A stretch of DNA of 64,000 bases, from contig NW_003314285.1 of NCBI RefSeq assembly GCF_000143415.4, forward strand, positions 1,809,471 to 1,873,470. Reading direction: 5' to 3'. Position numbers and translations under genes: made by a program. The notes beneath the pieces are model-generated. The model did no database searches and was not told where the DNA came from. It saw only the letters and a program-made list of their open reading frames with translations. The DNA comes from Selaginella moellendorffii. Taxonomy: Eukaryota > Plantae > Lycopodiophyta. Each line of letters opens with the position of its first letter. Within the stretch, counting starts at the first letter, position 1. This document shows positions 60,231-64,000 of this stretch, piece by piece.

Positions 60231-61417
60231 AAACTCCAATCTGAAACTCAAACGACTCTCAAAGGGGTCTTTTGAAAACCATATCACCGAAATGCAAATG
60301 TGGTTGTGAGGAGGGTCACGTGATAGAATAAGTTTCCTCGTTTGGAAACGTTTGCAAACGCATTTCGGTTTATGCATTTGGAACGTTTGTGCGTTTTCTT
60401 GGTAAGTATGCTCCACGCGGGGACCAAGAATACCCCAATTCTAGAAACCCTCGGCAGCGCCCAAGAGCCCTAAATAATATCGATTTTTCTTTTAGGGTTT
60501 CTGGGGCCGTCCAAATATTCATAAGAATATCCATCAAATTTTCCCTAAGCATTAAAATATTCATGGCCGTCGGATGGCAGGCTCGTGGCGCCCTGGCCTG
60601 GAGCAGCCAAGGCTGCAGCAGACCAGCTTTTTTCTTCCCTTCCACCGAAAGATTCTGTCAAATGGGATGAATTCCTACAGGAGCAAAAGCTGTTAAGTTT
60701 ATCGTGCGGCAATCTTCTTTGCTGGAAGCAGCGTAAATCCATTGTAATTTTGCAAAGACGGTTGGGCATCCTGGACACGCTAAGACGTGGGATTGCAACC
60801 TGAAGCTCGCTGGAGACTGTCGTGAGCTTTTGTTTGACGATTGGAACCATCGATTTTCTTAATTTTATTTTTTTCTTTTCACCTTTACAGGAGCTTGGAT
60901 TGTGACCTTTCCCCAGCTCATTGCCACAGATCATCTGCTCATGATCATGCAGACATCATAACGTACTCAGTGTGAATATTTCTACTCCAAAAAACGGTGC
61001 CCATCACCAAGCTCTTGCAATGAATGTGCCAGAGCTGAATTGCGTCTTTACAGGTGAACTCGGGGTAGATATTTGATTAGCTGAGAGAGGAGCTAAAATT
61101 TAAAAGAAGAAAGAATAAATCTCTGGAATCTAGGAGCTACAAAGTTCTATAACACAGTTACATGTTGATATAGTGAAATTCTAGACATTAACAATCAAGT
61201 ACCAATGGTGTCTCTCATTTGGCTTGGACAAGAGGGAAGAGGGGATTTTTTTTTCCCTTTAAATTCTTTTCATTTGCACAGCATTTCCCTTAACAATGTT
61301 TGTGAATCCAGTGTAGAAAGAAAACATAACAAGGAGTTTTACAGTCACTTTTTAACATGGTTGGGTGGTGATATTTTGTCAACCATATTTTGCTGGGAGT
61401 TTTTTTATCAACTATAG

Positions 61418-63639
61418 CCCTTGCCAGCCGGGAGGACCACAACGGCAGCATGGATATTTGCCTAGATCCGACGGCTCCAGGCTTAGGGTTTTGGTTGGCG
61501 CTATGACGAACGGGGATTTAATTTCACTTGAAGAGGGCAAAGCTGCGATTGAGGATCTTTTGAAGCTTAAGGACAGTGATCTCACGGATCCGAGCACATC
61601 GACAGCCCTGCCATATCCTGGTGTAGGTCGTGCGTGTACGAGGCCGGAAGTAGTTCTCAACTTCGTGGGTAGAACGACTGTACGAGAACTCCTCATTCGG
61701 TGGTACGAGTCCGATTATAACTACGTGATCTATGGGCCCAAAGGCGTAGGAAAGTCGTCCGACTTCAGGGCGCTTTACTGCATACTCTTTGGCTGGGTTC
61801 ATGCCGACAACACCAATGCCGGCCCAATTGCTCCAGCCTCAGCACTGCCTCACGGTAACGCGAAGAAGAAGCGGCTAGTCTACCTTGTGGGTGAGACGCT
61901 CTCGATTGCTGAAACTGAAGCGATGAGAAACGGTTTGCTGTTTTCATTTCTGGCGGAGGGCTCGGACACCGTGATATGTGCTATTGAAAAGCTTTCTTCC
62001 GTGACAAATGTTACCGATTTTGTGGAGGCCCGTAAGCAGCAGCAGCAGGAGGAGTTTTACTTCTTCGTGGATGGCGGCGAGAAGCTGGACCCTTTGGACT
62101 TCTTTCAGGGACCGGCTTACGATTCCGGGCGGAAGAGTAGCGTTTCTGAGAATTTGGACCGGCTGTTGCGAACTGGGGAGAGGGTATGGTGGTGTACCGG
62201 CCCGAAATCCCGCATTGTGCATGATTATCCGTACTCTATTACTCTACGTCTTGAGCTGTTTGCGTATGTAGACAGGGGCTTCAGCTTGGTAAGCTTTGGT
62301 ACTAATACTATTGTCCATCTAACTGATAACGTCCTATGACCAGCCTGAGTTCAACACGTACGCATCCAGGTGTGTGCTTGGAAAGCTTGAGAGTCGATTG
62401 CAAAGCATCGAATACCACACCGGGCTCGTGCCCCTTTTTCTGGAGGCACTATGCGAGTGCTGTGGCCAAGTCACGCGGGATTGGCTGGACTCGGAGACCA
62501 CAAGTTGTGCCAGCCTCCGGCAAAGTGTCGGCTTATCAGCACTCTTGGAACCAAGTGAAGAACAGATGGTGGAGCTGCTTAGCGAGGATGACTACTGGGA
62601 CAAAGTTCTCCTGAGGTTTGCCCAGCACCGTGAGATTTCAAGAGTTCGCAAGAAGGCGGAAGCTATTCGGCTTGAAGGCGAATGCCCTGATGCCGCTGCC
62701 ATGGCATGTCTCGACGCAACTTACGTGCTGGATCCTGTTAGGGGAGTCTACTGCTCCAGCTTTATCGAGAGAATTTACACGAGGGTGGTGCGTGCCAAGG
62801 AAGAGAAAATCAAGCCTTATCAGGATGGAGCTTGGATGGAGTATGCTAGACGGCTCTCGGATCGTGAAGACGTGGAGGTGAATTGGTCATTTCTTGGCTG
62901 GTTGTGCGAGGACGTTCTGGCAAATGTAATTCAAAAGAAGGGGCTCGTGCTCGGTGAGCTGAAGATCTCGGGCCACATCACTGTGGTGGACTTCAACATT
63001 ATTCCTTCCTGCAGTATCGAGACCATGTTGAAGATCAGCCCCAACAATGGTTATTTCTACAAGCCATTGGACGTGCGTTTTCCTTTCGTTGATGCGGTGC
63101 TGGCCTGGGTGGACGAGAACTCCCGTCTCCACATTGTGGCTCTCCAGTACACTGTCAATATCGACGAACACATCAAGTCATGTTGGCAGTTTATGAGCTT
63201 GGATTATCTGCGAACCTGGTTTCCGGACATTGACAAGTTTATGACCGCGGACAACGTTAAGCTCCACTATGTGTTCGTGGGATGTTCCTCCAAGCCCGAG
63301 TACAGTGGAGGGATGCAGGAGCCGTGGTCGAGGAGCACGTACGAAACACCTGCATTCCAGCTGCACATTCAGCCGTTTGATGATAGATCTTTGCCAGGCT
63401 TGAACGCCAAAGACTACAAGCTACTTCATGAGATTGCGAGTAACCGGGTCTGGAAAACTAGTTATGTGGATGCCTGTGACGACGGGTTTGGACTTCTGGC
63501 GTTTGAGAGAGTTGAGCTAGAGAAAATGGCCAAGGAGAAGTTTGGAATGAGAGAGACGGGGAGAAAAGCATTCAGGAACAAGGCGCTTTTGATAAATAAG
63601 ATTGTGGAAATGGCTAAAGGTAAGGAAACGAAGCACTGA
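61418..63639 (+). CDS. Crinkler/RHS-type (CR) protein: P-loop NTPase plus C-terminal PD-(D/E)XK restriction-endonuclease-fold domain; intron 62289-62343; 5' end uncertain
   Basis: Walker A YVIYGPKGVGKS, Walker B FYFFVDGGE and a GxP-like HTGLVPLFL, then FYKPLDVRFPFVDAV...LHIVALQYTVN..H. A phase-0 GT/AG intron joins the two long ORFs in frame. First in-frame ATG is at 61503; a possible acceptor ends at 61417. Confidence 0.75.
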
Positions 63640-64000
63640 GCGTTTGTTCATGAATCAAGAGTAATAAAACATACTAATGATTGTCCACGATCACCCTCCG
63701 ATCATGCTCAGGACACTTGATCCAGCAAAATATTCTTTGAGAATAATTTCCATGAGCTTTTTATTTATGTCCCGTCATCACAATCCCACATCACATGGTA
63801 GTCTGAGCGGTGAGCGTGCATGCAAGCGGCATGGGCAGTCGCAGGCTGCAAGCACCGGTGGTGGTGAGCGGCAAGCTACAAGCAGCTGCGAACGACAAGT
63901 GGCAACGAGCTGCGAGCTGCAAGGGTTTAGAAGGAGCTCGAACATGGGAGGATTGACCTTTGTGCACTGCTGTCTGTGTATGTGTGGGGGGAGGAGTTTA

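Overview
Eukaryotic plant nuclear DNA. The very short GT-AG introns (mostly about 50-100 bp), tight gene packing and PLS-type PPR relics suggest a compact non-seed plant genome such as the lycophyte Selaginella (inference). Bases 1-41.7 kb are gene-dense: a glycine-rich secreted protein, a ZTL/FKF1-family photoreceptor, DUF4079, a fasciclin-like AGP, a phytolongin, PPR and copia relics, a telomere-repeat-binding Myb protein, TSS/REC, an AT-rich block beside a kinase-like pseudogene and an intronless HSPA12-like gene, a PILS-like carrier, a VIN3-like gene, DUF569, tRNA-Val(AAC), CWC25 and proline dehydrogenase. Bases 42.9-58.4 kb are a repeat block with two assembly gaps. It holds a family of 193-194 bp LTRs that carry a 5S rRNA-derived internal promoter segment (Cassandra-like TRIMs): two solo LTRs with 5-bp TSDs, plus one young complete element inserted into the 5S segment of another copy. 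It also holds decayed larger LTR elements and a ~490-bp satellite with an internal inversion. The window ends with a PPR pseudogene and an apparently intact Crinkler/RHS-type P-loop NTPase + restriction-endonuclease-fold gene. All calls are from reading the sequence by eye; no searches were run.
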